NCBI GenBank assembly: GCA_964369155.1
Contig: CAYJEI010000002.1
Span: forward strand, 1 to 43,136
Direction: 5' to 3'
Length of the DNA: 43,136 nt
From: an uncultured Muribaculaceae bacterium
GTDB lineage: Bacteria > Bacillota_I > Bacilli_A > RF39 > UBA660
The notes beneath the pieces were generated by a model. The model saw only the letters and a program-made list of their open reading frames with translations, was not told the DNA's origin and made no database searches. A program made the position numbers and the translations under genes. Below, piece by piece: positions 8,478 through 18,822 of this stretch (positions within the stretch are counted from its first letter, which is position 1; the number at the start of each line of letters is the position of its first letter).

Positions 8478-9752
8478 ATGGAATTTGTATGTAGTGATCC
8501 AGGTGTGCTGCAAGGTATATATGCGGTTAAAAGTATTCTTCAAATAGTATTTATAATTGCACCTATAATATTAGTTGTTAGAATTTCAATAGATATATTT
8601 AAAGAAGTTATAAATAATGGTGAAAATCTAGGTAAAACAATAAAGGAATCTTCTATGAGATTTATTGCACTTGCAATAATGTTTTTATTTATTCCACTTT
8701 ATAGTGGTATTTTAGAATTTGCTAGTGTAAATACAGCAGCATATTCTGATTGTTTAAAAAATTCTAATCCAGAAACTATAGCTATTTTAGAGCAATCAAC
8801 TAGTTTGCTTGATGCTATTACAGCAGTTTCTTATGCAGAAAGAAGTTATTCTAAATCAGATTACGATGAAGCAAATTATTTAGTTGAAGGTTTATCAGAT
8901 AGTGATAAAAAAAGTGATTTACAAAAAAGATTACAGAGTGTTTTAATCCAAATAAATAAAATGGCAAATCAAGAAGAGTATTATTGGATAATTCCAAGTA
9001 ATGAAGTATTAAATTCAGTAGGTGAAGTAAGTGCAAGTAAAAGTACTAATACAACGTACGATCCGATGGCATCTGTAATTTATAATGAAGAACTTGGAAA
9101 CCCAGTTAAAGCTAGTAATTTTACATATATGAGTGATGTAAACGGAGATGATTTAGGAGTATGGCCAATAAATTACAATGAAATACCCATGAGTGTAAGT
9201 GTAGAAAAGACTTATCCTGCAAGTACAAGTTATAATGGAAAATCATTTTCAAGCTCTGCAGTAGGGGAATTTATATGGCCACTAAATTTAGAAGAACCTC
9301 AGACTTGGTCTGGAAGTTATGAGCATAACGGAATAGATATCATAGATCATTTTGGTACTCCAATTTATGCTCCAGTAAGTGGAACTTTAATATATTCAGA
9401 GTATGGACATACCAAAAATGATGGAGCAGATGAAAATCCTTACTCAATGAAAATAAAACTTAATGAAACAATAACCATAGATGGAATTAATGTATCATAT
9501 ATATTTTTAACTCATTTTTCAGGATTAATGTATAATTGTGCAGATGAAAGTGATTGCAGCAGAGAAATAAAACAAGGTGAACTTATTGGGTTTACTGGTA
9601 ATGCAGCAGGTAGTGCAGATGAGCTTGGATGGGCTCCTCATCTCCATATGACATTTTGTTCAAGTGTAGCATGTAGCAGCGGAGTAACTACTGCCGATAT
9701 TAAAGATATGTATCAAATAAATGCAGGGGAATCAAGAGGTGCTGGAAAATGA
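8478..9752 (+). CDS. Membrane-anchored M23 family metallopeptidase (LytM/lysostaphin-type domain at the C-terminus)
   Basis: 424 aa. HNGIDI (HxxxD) and APHLHM (HxH) M23 motifs in the C-terminal third. The N-terminal ~85 aa contain two hydrophobic segments. Confidence 0.85.
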   Translation: MEFVCSDPGVLQGIYAVKSILQIVFIIAPIILVVRISIDIFKEVINNGENLGKTIKESSMRFIALAIMFLFIPLYSGILEFASVNTAAYSDCLKNSNPETIAILEQSTSLLDAITAVSYAERSYSKSDYDEANYLVEGLSDSDKKSDLQKRLQSVLIQINKMANQEEYYWIIPSNEVLNSVGEVSASKSTNTTYDPMASVIYNEELGNPVKASNFTYMSDVNGDDLGVWPINYNEIPMSVSVEKTYPASTSYNGKSFSSSAVGEFIWPLNLEEPQTWSGSYEHNGIDIIDHFGTPIYAPVSGTLIYSEYGHTKNDGADENPYSMKIKLNETITIDGINVSYIFLTHFSGLMYNCADESDCSREIKQGELIGFTGNAAGSADELGWAPHLHMTFCSSVACSSGVTTADIKDMYQINAGESRGAGK

Positions 9753-10420
9753 TGAATGATAAGAAAAAATATTTCATAATCATAGGAATATTAATTTCCT
9801 TAGTAGTTATTATATTTATAATAAATGCATTTAGAAAGCAAGATGTTGAGCATCAATTAATAGCAGACCAGGTAGTAGAGTTTTATACTTCTGCGATATA
9901 TGATGATACAGTTTATAATAATGCTGAGAGAAAAGCTTTAGACGATCTTTTATCAACTTTAACTCATCAAAATGAAAAAATAGATTTAAGTAAATATTTA
10001 ATTGAAGAAGATTTGTATAGAACAAGTAAAAGTAATAGTAATTTCGTATTCGAAGAAAATGGTAAATGTTATATATATTATGATGATTTAGTATTTCCGG
10101 AAACTGAAAATCAGTATAACAATGGTTATTCTAACGCTGCTAGTGGCGATAATGCAGCAGTAGTAATATGCAATGGTTATGAGATATATGTTTTTGAAAA
10201 TGATTTTATTCCTTACGAAGAAGTAAAAGATGATGAAAAACACAGTTATCAATATTTAACTAAAACAATTGATTCAACTATTGAAAAGTATTATTATGCT
10301 TCAACTACTGTAAATTATTATATTGAAGTAACTTTCCATATAGATAATAAAGACGTATATAATATTGAAGTAAATGCAATAAATATTGAAGATATACCAG
10401 TTGACGAAAAACATGATTAA
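9749..10420 (+). CDS. Single-pass membrane-anchored protein, unknown function
   Basis: 223-aa ORF overlapping the upstream stop (ATGATGA). TM segment YFIIIGILISLVVIIFIINAF. Confidence 0.75.
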   Translation: MMNDKKKYFIIIGILISLVVIIFIINAFRKQDVEHQLIADQVVEFYTSAIYDDTVYNNAERKALDDLLSTLTHQNEKIDLSKYLIEEDLYRTSKSNSNFVFEENGKCYIYYDDLVFPETENQYNNGYSNAASGDNAAVVICNGYEIYVFENDFIPYEEVKDDEKHSYQYLTKTIDSTIEKYYYASTTVNYYIEVTFHIDNKDVYNIEVNAINIEDIPVDEKHD

Positions 10421-10432
10421 TTCATGTTTTTT
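10407..10432 (+). terminator. Rho-independent terminator overlapping the stop codon
   Basis: AAAACATGA-ttaat-TCATGTTTT followed by TT. Confidence 0.6.
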
Positions 10433-10488
10433 AATTGATAAAATAAAAAAAATATGTTAAGCTGAATATATATTAAGGAGACTAGGTT

Positions 10489-12108
10489 ATGAAAAATATT
10501 GTAAAATACAAACATTATTTATTAATTGTAATAGGAGCTCTTCTAGTTGTTACATTTTCAATTTCTTATGCATATTTTGATGATTTAATAGGAGAAAAAG
10601 CTGAAACAAATGTAAATATTACGGCAGATACGCCAACTTCTTTAACATTTACAAAAGGTGAGGATATATTACTAAATGTAAATCCAGTAACACTTGCTGA
10701 AGGCGGAACTAATGTCACAGGTTCTACAACGAGCTCTGCTACTTTATATGTAGGAGAATATGAAACTGGGGCAGTAACTGAAAACTATAATGTTTATTTT
10801 GAAATAAAGAATAATACATTTGTTTATACATCGCCTACTAATGAAGCTGAAATACTTTTAAGTATTACAGATCCAAATGGTACAAAAGTTACAATCAGTA
10901 GTTTAACAGAAAAAACAAGCGGTGGAGTAACTGGTTATGATATTACTACATTCAGTGGTATGCTAAAAGTTAAAGAACTTGAAGAAATAACTTCAGAGAC
11001 AACTATTACTGAAGAGTGGACAGCAACTATAACTTTTGTAAATTTATCAACAGATCAAAAAGATAATATGAGTAAATCTTTAGAATCAAGTTTAATAGTT
11101 CAAAAAGAAAAATATACTAGTACAGATCTAATACTTGGACATAATGGTGGCAAAGATTTTATTGAAGCTAAAGCAGAACCTGATTTTACTCAAATAGCAG
11201 ATACAAATGAAGGTATGTTTGCGACAACAGATACATATGGAACAGCATATTATTATAGAGGAGCAGTAGATAATAACTGGCTGTACTATAATGGAATATA
11301 CTGGAGAATAGTAAGTATAGCAGGAAACGGCTCAATAAAGCTACTTTATAGTGGTACTACAGCGCCAACAGAGTCAGAAGCTGTAGTAATGACTGGAAGT
11401 GGAACAGAGATAGTTACAAATGAATTTAGCTCAAACTTCGATGATAATGCATACGTAGGATATATGTACACTATAGGTGAGAGACAGGGACTAGAAACAA
11501 GTAGTTTAGCAAAAATAAATTTAGAATCGTGGTATGCATTAAATATGATTAGTGTAGACTCACAAATAGATGACAATATATTTTGTTATGATAGAAGTCT
11601 AACAACAGGAGGTTTTCAATCTGAAATTATGGGTTATAATGGAAGTGGTTATACAGGAGATGGACTTGGAACTAATTTTACATTATATGGAGTAGCCGCA
11701 AGAATAACAGCGTCCAGTAGTATTTTGACAGCAGGAGGAAGTGGACCTAAATTATTATGTCCTAGCAAAGAAGATGCATATACAGTGGAGGATACAACAA
11801 ACGGGAATGGAGCATTAGATTATAAAGTTGGTTTGATAACTGCAGATGAGGCAATAATGGCAGGTCTTACAATTTCAGAAAATAACACCATCAATTATTT
11901 ATACACAAATAGAACTTACTCGACGGGATCCCCTTTTGCTTACATCAAAGATTTTTATGCCTATGTGTGGAATGTATCAGGTATTGGTAAAGTACACCAA
12001 TATTCAGTCGTTACCCCATTGACTAAATTACGCCCTATAGTTTATCTTTCTTTAGATGTCGATATAACTGGTACTGGTACATGGAACGATCCATATAAAG
12101 TGGCTTAG
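10489..12108 (+). CDS. Exported/surface protein, paralog family member P2 (closest paralog of 672-2288)
   Basis: 539 aa with AAGGAG RBS. Leader ends in ISYAYFDD. Collinear with P1 and ends in ITGTGTWNDPYKVA. Confidence 0.9.
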   Translation: MKNIVKYKHYLLIVIGALLVVTFSISYAYFDDLIGEKAETNVNITADTPTSLTFTKGEDILLNVNPVTLAEGGTNVTGSTTSSATLYVGEYETGAVTENYNVYFEIKNNTFVYTSPTNEAEILLSITDPNGTKVTISSLTEKTSGGVTGYDITTFSGMLKVKELEEITSETTITEEWTATITFVNLSTDQKDNMSKSLESSLIVQKEKYTSTDLILGHNGGKDFIEAKAEPDFTQIADTNEGMFATTDTYGTAYYYRGAVDNNWLYYNGIYWRIVSIAGNGSIKLLYSGTTAPTESEAVVMTGSGTEIVTNEFSSNFDDNAYVGYMYTIGERQGLETSSLAKINLESWYALNMISVDSQIDDNIFCYDRSLTTGGFQSEIMGYNGSGYTGDGLGTNFTLYGVAARITASSSILTAGGSGPKLLCPSKEDAYTVEDTTNGNGALDYKVGLITADEAIMAGLTISENNTINYLYTNRTYSTGSPFAYIKDFYAYVWNVSGIGKVHQYSVVTPLTKLRPIVYLSLDVDITGTGTWNDPYKVA

Positions 12109-12143
12109 ACGAGTATAAATAAATTATTAGTTTAAGATGATTA

Positions 12144-12173
12144 AAACAAGTGATTTTTATTGCTTGTTTTTTT
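12144..12173 (+). terminator. Probable terminator after P2
   Basis: AAACAAG...CTTGTTT stem with a 12-nt loop, then a T-run. Confidence 0.5.
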
Positions 12174-12191
12174 GTTTGAAGTTTGTGTAAT

Positions 12192-12220
12192 TTGACATAT
12201 TGTAATTAATATGATACAAT
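12192..12220 (+). promoter_or_regulatory. Promoter TTGACA-17 nt-(TGa)TACAAT
   Basis: TTGACA at 12192-12197, extended -10 TGATACAAT at 12212-12220. Confidence 0.6.
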
Positions 12221-12247
12221 TATTTGGTTGGTAAAAAAAGGGGAAAA

Positions 12248-12643
12248 ATGAGTATAAAAAAACATATAATAAAATTCGAAAAAATAATTGAAAAAGAAAT
12301 GAAATTAATGAATCTTGATGAAAGCGCTAGTTATACCGACAAGCAAAAAGCAAGAAAGGAAATTATTGAAAAATATTATAAGCATTACTCTAGCATGGGA
12401 AAAATTTCTGGAGAAATTGCCTTAGCAGGAGTTTTAGTAACAACTTGTCTTCTATTTAAATTAATAGGAACAGAGTTAAGTGATAGTGAACTTTATACCA
12501 TGGTAGCTTCAATAGGAGTATCAAATTTATCAGCAATTTCTTTATATAATTATACAGAAAAATCAACGTGTGCAAATATGGAATTGATTTTTGCAAATGA
12601 TTATATCAATAATTTAGAAAATGAAGAAAGAATTAGAAAATAA
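12248..12643 (+). CDS. Small membrane protein (helical N-terminus + two predicted TM segments), unknown function
   Basis: ATG at 12248 follows AAAGGGGA. The track's TTG at 12224 sits at or upstream of the predicted transcription start. Hydrophobic stretches are ISGEIALAGVLVTTCLLFKLI and MVASIGVSNLSAISL. Confidence 0.7.
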   Translation: MSIKKHIIKFEKIIEKEMKLMNLDESASYTDKQKARKEIIEKYYKHYSSMGKISGEIALAGVLVTTCLLFKLIGTELSDSELYTMVASIGVSNLSAISLYNYTEKSTCANMELIFANDYINNLENEERIRK

Positions 12644-12669
12644 AAAACAATTTATAAGGGGGAAATAAA

Positions 12670-13020
12670 ATGTTAAATAATTACAATAATCTATCAATGC
12701 TGGAATTACATAATAAAATAGAGGAATTAATAAAAGAAGAAGAATATTACGATCGTTTTTTAGGTGCTACAGGTGTAGGTGCTATAATTGGTGCAGGCTT
12801 TTTAATAAAAAATTTATGTAATTTATATGGATTAGATCTTAATGAATATACACTTAATATTATTTTAAGAACATATTTATATACTGGTATGATAGGCATA
12901 TCAACGCTGTTTGCAATGAAGTGTGATAAAAAATTAGATAGTGTTGAGCGAGATATAGAAGAAATAGATGAATTAATAAGAATAAAAAAAGCTGATACTA
13001 TAAAAAAATATGGTTTATAA
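12670..13020 (+). CDS. Small membrane protein (helical N-terminus + two predicted TM segments + charged C-terminal helix), unknown function
   Basis: 116 aa with AAGGGGG RBS. Same overall layout as the preceding gene. Confidence 0.7.
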   Translation: MLNNYNNLSMLELHNKIEELIKEEEYYDRFLGATGVGAIIGAGFLIKNLCNLYGLDLNEYTLNIILRTYLYTGMIGISTLFAMKCDKKLDSVERDIEEIDELIRIKKADTIKKYGL

Positions 13021-13078
13021 TAACAATTTTAAATAAATGACTTGGGTTATTTATTTTTTTTATGAAAATTTTGTGAAA

Positions 13079-13106
13079 TTAGCAGTTATATATTGACAAG
13101 TGCTAG
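13079..13106. promoter_or_regulatory. Degenerate CIRCE-like inverted repeat overlapping the -35 of the hrcA promoter
   Basis: TTAGCAGTT-N10-AAGTGCTAG versus consensus TTAGCACTC-N9-GAGTGCTAA. It has the same atypical 10-nt spacer as the downstream element. Confidence 0.4.
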
Positions 13107-13121
13107 GCATACTATTATAAT
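13093..13121 (+). promoter_or_regulatory. hrcA-operon promoter TTGACA-17 nt-TATAAT
   Basis: TTGACA at 13093-13098, TATAAT at 13116-13121. Confidence 0.65.
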
Positions 13122-13125
13122 GATA

Positions 13126-13153
13126 TTAGCACTTAGAAAGTTATGAGTGCTAA
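13126..13153. promoter_or_regulatory. CIRCE operator (HrcA binding site)
   Basis: TTAGCACTT-AGAAAGTTAT-GAGTGCTAA lies between the -10 and the hrcA start. One arm mismatch, and the spacer is 10 rather than 9 nt. Confidence 0.8.
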
Positions 13154-13168
13154 AAGGTGGTGAAACAT

Positions 13169-14173
13169 GTGGATAAAAGAAGTGAAGAGCTTTTAAAGGA
13201 GATTGTTGAGATATATATTAAGACAGTTAAACCAGTAGGAAGTAAATCTCTTTGTACTAAACTAGGGCTATCGTCTGCAACAATACGTAATGAGATGAAA
13301 GTTTTAGAAAATTTGGGTTATATAGAAAAAAATCATATTTCTTCAGGTAGAATACCTTCGGAAAGAGGTTATAGATACTATGTAGAAAATCTAATGGTAC
13401 CAGAAGATTTAACTGGAAAAGATGTTTTAAAATTACAAAAAATATTTTCAAATAACGATCTAGTTATAAGTGATACAATTACTCAGTGTATGGAAATAAT
13501 TAGTGATTTAACTAATTATGCAAGTGTAGTACTTGGTAAAACCGCTGGTGATAATTTACTTCAAAAAGTTGATATTATTGCGCTTGATGAATCGCATATA
13601 GTAGCACTAGTATGTACGGATAAAGGAATAGTTGAAAATAAGAAGTTCAGCTTGCCAGAAGGTGCGTTTATAAGTGAAATTATAAAAGCTAGTGAAATTA
13701 TAAATAAACTCTTAATAGGAACTCCGATAAATAGTGTGAGTGAAAGACTAGAGTTTGAAATTAAACCGATTATCATGAAAGAAATAAATCAGTATGAAGC
13801 AGTATATGGAATATTTTATAAAGCTTTTAATGATTTTGTTAATAGTAATTCAAGTATCCATGTGACAGGTAAATCTAAAATAATTAGTCAGCCTGAGTAC
13901 CAAAGTGTAGATGAAATAAAAGAAATATCTACAAAACTTGAAAATGTAAGTGAACTTAAAAAGCTTTCCGATAAATCTAGTAGTGAAGACATTAAAATTT
14001 TTATTGGTGAAGAAAATAAACTAGATCCAAATCTTACTGTTGTTAAGAAAAAATATAAAGCAGGTGGAGAAGAAGGAACTATAGCAGTTATCGGACCTAA
14101 AAGAATGGATTATAAAAAAATAGTTAGTTTACTTAAATATGTGGATGATAATCTCGATGGAAAGGAAGATTAA
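13169..14173 (+). CDS. hrcA: Heat-inducible transcription repressor HrcA
   Basis: SEELLKEIVEIYIKTVKPVGSKSL... is a typical HrcA N-terminus. The GTG at 13169 is best spaced from AAGGTGG; alternative GTG starts are at 13157 and 13160. Confidence 0.9.
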   Translation: MDKRSEELLKEIVEIYIKTVKPVGSKSLCTKLGLSSATIRNEMKVLENLGYIEKNHISSGRIPSERGYRYYVENLMVPEDLTGKDVLKLQKIFSNNDLVISDTITQCMEIISDLTNYASVVLGKTAGDNLLQKVDIIALDESHIVALVCTDKGIVENKKFSLPEGAFISEIIKASEIINKLLIGTPINSVSERLEFEIKPIIMKEINQYEAVYGIFYKAFNDFVNSNSSIHVTGKSKIISQPEYQSVDEIKEISTKLENVSELKKLSDKSSSEDIKIFIGEENKLDPNLTVVKKKYKAGGEEGTIAVIGPKRMDYKKIVSLLKYVDDNLDGKED

Positions 14174-14175
14174 TC

Positions 14176-14676
14176 TTGGAAAAAGAAGTTAAAAAAGAAG
14201 AAAAAGTAAAAGCTAAGAAAAAAAATAATGCTGAACTTGAAAAACTTCAAAATGAATATAATCTCTTAAATGATAAATTTTTAAGAACATTTGCAGAAAT
14301 GCAAAATATAAAAAGAAGAAGTGATGAAGAAATATCTAAAATAAGAAGGTATGAGGCTGAAGGTTTTATAATTAAACTTTTAGATATTGTTGATGACTTT
14401 GAAAGAGCTATTAGTGTTAAAAGTGAAAATGCAGATATAAAGAAATTTATGGATGGATTTGAAATGATTTATGCTGCTTTAGTTGGTATAATTCATGCTC
14501 AAGGGATAACAGAAATTAACTGTTTAAATGAAGTATTTAATCCCGAAGTAGCACAAGCTGTTTTAACTGAAAAAATAGAAGACAAAGAAGAAGGAATTGT
14601 TATAGATGTTCTTCAAAAAGGATATAATTATAACGGCAAAGTAATTAGACCAGCAATGGTTAAAGTAAGTGAGTAA
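14176..14676 (+). CDS. grpE: Nucleotide exchange factor GrpE
   Basis: TTG start 7 nt after AAGGAAG. FLRTFAEMQNIKRRSDEE...VLQKGYNYNGKVIRPAMVKVS are GrpE motifs. Confidence 0.9.
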   Translation: MEKEVKKEEKVKAKKKNNAELEKLQNEYNLLNDKFLRTFAEMQNIKRRSDEEISKIRRYEAEGFIIKLLDIVDDFERAISVKSENADIKKFMDGFEMIYAALVGIIHAQGITEINCLNEVFNPEVAQAVLTEKIEDKEEGIVIDVLQKGYNYNGKVIRPAMVKVSE

Positions 14677-14678
14677 TT

Positions 14679-17007
<2,329 letters not shown>

Positions 17008-17009
17008 TA

Positions 17010-17033
17010 AAAGGTTCTTATAAAAGAACCTTT
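17010..17033 (+). terminator. Perfect 10-bp stem-loop just after dnaK (attenuator, processing or stabilising hairpin; weak T-tract)
   Basis: AAAGGTTCTT-ataa-AAGAACCTTT. Confidence 0.5.
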
Positions 17034-17053
17034 CTACTGTGAAAGGGATTACT

Positions 17054-18820
17054 ATGGAAAAACAAGTTGTAGAATTAAACGAACTTTTTGAAAGTGAGAA
17101 AGAATTTTTAGCAGAATGTACTAGAGTTAGTAAGTTCATGGAAAAAATAAAAAGGTATAAAAATCATGTACTTGACGATGAAAATAAATTATACGAAGTG
17201 CTTAAATTAGATGAAACTATAAGTATTTATCTTGAAAAACTTTATGTATATAGTAAGTTTTTAAGTGATTTAAACTTAGTAAGTACAAAAGATAGTAAAA
17301 ATTTTGCTAAAGTTGTCTCCCTATATGTAAAATATGCATCGCTTGCTTCATATTTGATCCCCGAGCTTTTAGAAAAGGATTTCAAATTTGTTAAAAGTTA
17401 TATTGATTTAAATGAAAAACTAGAAGTATATGAAAAAAGCCTTAAGAATATATATTTAAACAAACGTCATGTTTTAAGTAAGGATGCTGAAAATGTATTG
17501 TCAGTATTTACTGATAGTGCTAAAAGATATAATGATGCACTTACTAATCTACTTCATGTTGAAACAAAGTTTGATGAAGTAAATGGAGAAGATTTATCTG
17601 TTAATAATTTTGAGATGTTTATGATGAATAATGACAGAGATATCAGAAAAAAAGCTTTTATTACAATGTACGAAACTTTAGATAAAGTATCTTCTACAAG
17701 TGCTAGTTTGCTAGATGGTATTATTTCTCATAATAACAAAGTTAGTTTAGTTAAGAAGTACAAAAATGCTCTTGAAATGACTTTAGATAAAAATAATTTA
17801 GATTATGGTGTTTATGATAATTTAATAAAAAATGTTAAACTAAATTTGAATAGTTTTGATAAATATTGGAATCTTAGAAATAAATTAATGGGATTAAAAG
17901 AACTTAAACTTTATGATATTAGTGCTCCGCTTAGTGATGGTTTTGAAAAAGAATATAGTTTTGCAGAAGCTAGAGATTTAGTGCTTGCAACATGTCTTAA
18001 TTATGGATCAGAGTATAGTGCAAAAGCTAATAAAATTTTTAGTGAAAATAGAATTGATGCTTTTCCTAAAAATAATAAAAAAGAAATAGCGTATACAACA
18101 AGTATTTATAGTGATAAATCATATGTGTTTTTAAATTATAAAAATACTTTCAAAGATGTTTCTACACTTGCACATGAAATGGGACATGCGGTTCATTTTG
18201 ATTACTCAAAAGAAAATAATGAATTTGTAAATTATGAACCGTCTATATTTATTTTAGAAGTAGCATCTCAAGTAAATGAGTTACTATTAAATAAATATAT
18301 GTATAAACTTGCGAAGAGCAAAGAGGAAAAGTTGATGCTTTTGGAGGATAGACTTAAAGATTTTGAGTTTGTTATCAGAAAAGCTACGATGTATGCAGAA
18401 TTTGAAAAAATAATTCATGAAACTAATCAATCAGGAGTTATGCTTACAAGCGATTATTTAGATAATGAATATTTTAAATTATTAAAAAAATATTATAAAG
18501 ATAATGTTGTAGATTTAGATATGGCAAAAAAAGATTGGATTAGAATGAGTGGTATGCTTGGTAAATATTATATATATCAGTATGCAACTGGATATATTGC
18601 AGCGCTTATTATCGCTGAAGATATTTGGGATAAAAATGATGATGCACTTGATAATTATTTCAAGTTTCTAAAACTTGGTAAAACTGTTAATCCTATTAAA
18701 GCTTTAAAACTTGTATCTGTTGATATAATGAATGCTAAATCATATAAAAAAGCTTTTAAAATTTTCGATAAAACAATTGATGAATTTGAAGAGTTATACT
18801 ATAGTAAGGAAGAAAATTAA
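17054..18820 (+). CDS. pepF: Oligoendopeptidase F (M3B family)
   Basis: HEMGHAVH zinc motif, with length and layout typical of PepF. The ATG at 17054 after GAAAGGGA is preferred over the GTG at 17039. Confidence 0.88.
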   Translation: MEKQVVELNELFESEKEFLAECTRVSKFMEKIKRYKNHVLDDENKLYEVLKLDETISIYLEKLYVYSKFLSDLNLVSTKDSKNFAKVVSLYVKYASLASYLIPELLEKDFKFVKSYIDLNEKLEVYEKSLKNIYLNKRHVLSKDAENVLSVFTDSAKRYNDALTNLLHVETKFDEVNGEDLSVNNFEMFMMNNDRDIRKKAFITMYETLDKVSSTSASLLDGIISHNNKVSLVKKYKNALEMTLDKNNLDYGVYDNLIKNVKLNLNSFDKYWNLRNKLMGLKELKLYDISAPLSDGFEKEYSFAEARDLVLATCLNYGSEYSAKANKIFSENRIDAFPKNNKKEIAYTTSIYSDKSYVFLNYKNTFKDVSTLAHEMGHAVHFDYSKENNEFVNYEPSIFILEVASQVNELLLNKYMYKLAKSKEEKLMLLEDRLKDFEFVIRKATMYAEFEKIIHETNQSGVMLTSDYLDNEYFKLLKKYYKDNVVDLDMAKKDWIRMSGMLGKYYIYQYATGYIAALIIAEDIWDKNDDALDNYFKFLKLGKTVNPIKALKLVSVDIMNAKSYKKAFKIFDKTIDEFEELYYSKEEN

Positions 18821-18822
18821 AA

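Noticed and set aside
6767-9752. UGA read as Trp (Mycoplasma-type code 4)
   Set aside because: All long conserved genes (dnaK, ppdK, recD2, proS) are intact under the standard code, and Trp positions use TGG. TGA closes fmt and the M23 gene. Read-through there would add only a few codons, so those two sites alone are not decisive, but the overall picture fits code 11.
8478-10420. M23 peptidase plus membrane protein as remnants of a conjugative or type IV secretion module
   Set aside because: The window has no VirB4/VirD4-type ATPase, relaxase or coupling protein. The resemblance of the N-terminal membrane domain to conjugation proteins is only a vague impression.
672-12108. P1 and P2 as a recent segmental duplication, IS-like repeat or assembly artefact
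   Set aside because: Nucleotide identity is broken every few bases by synonymous changes; the longest identical run I saw is about 26 nt. The flanks are unrelated, and no transposase or terminal inverted repeats are present.
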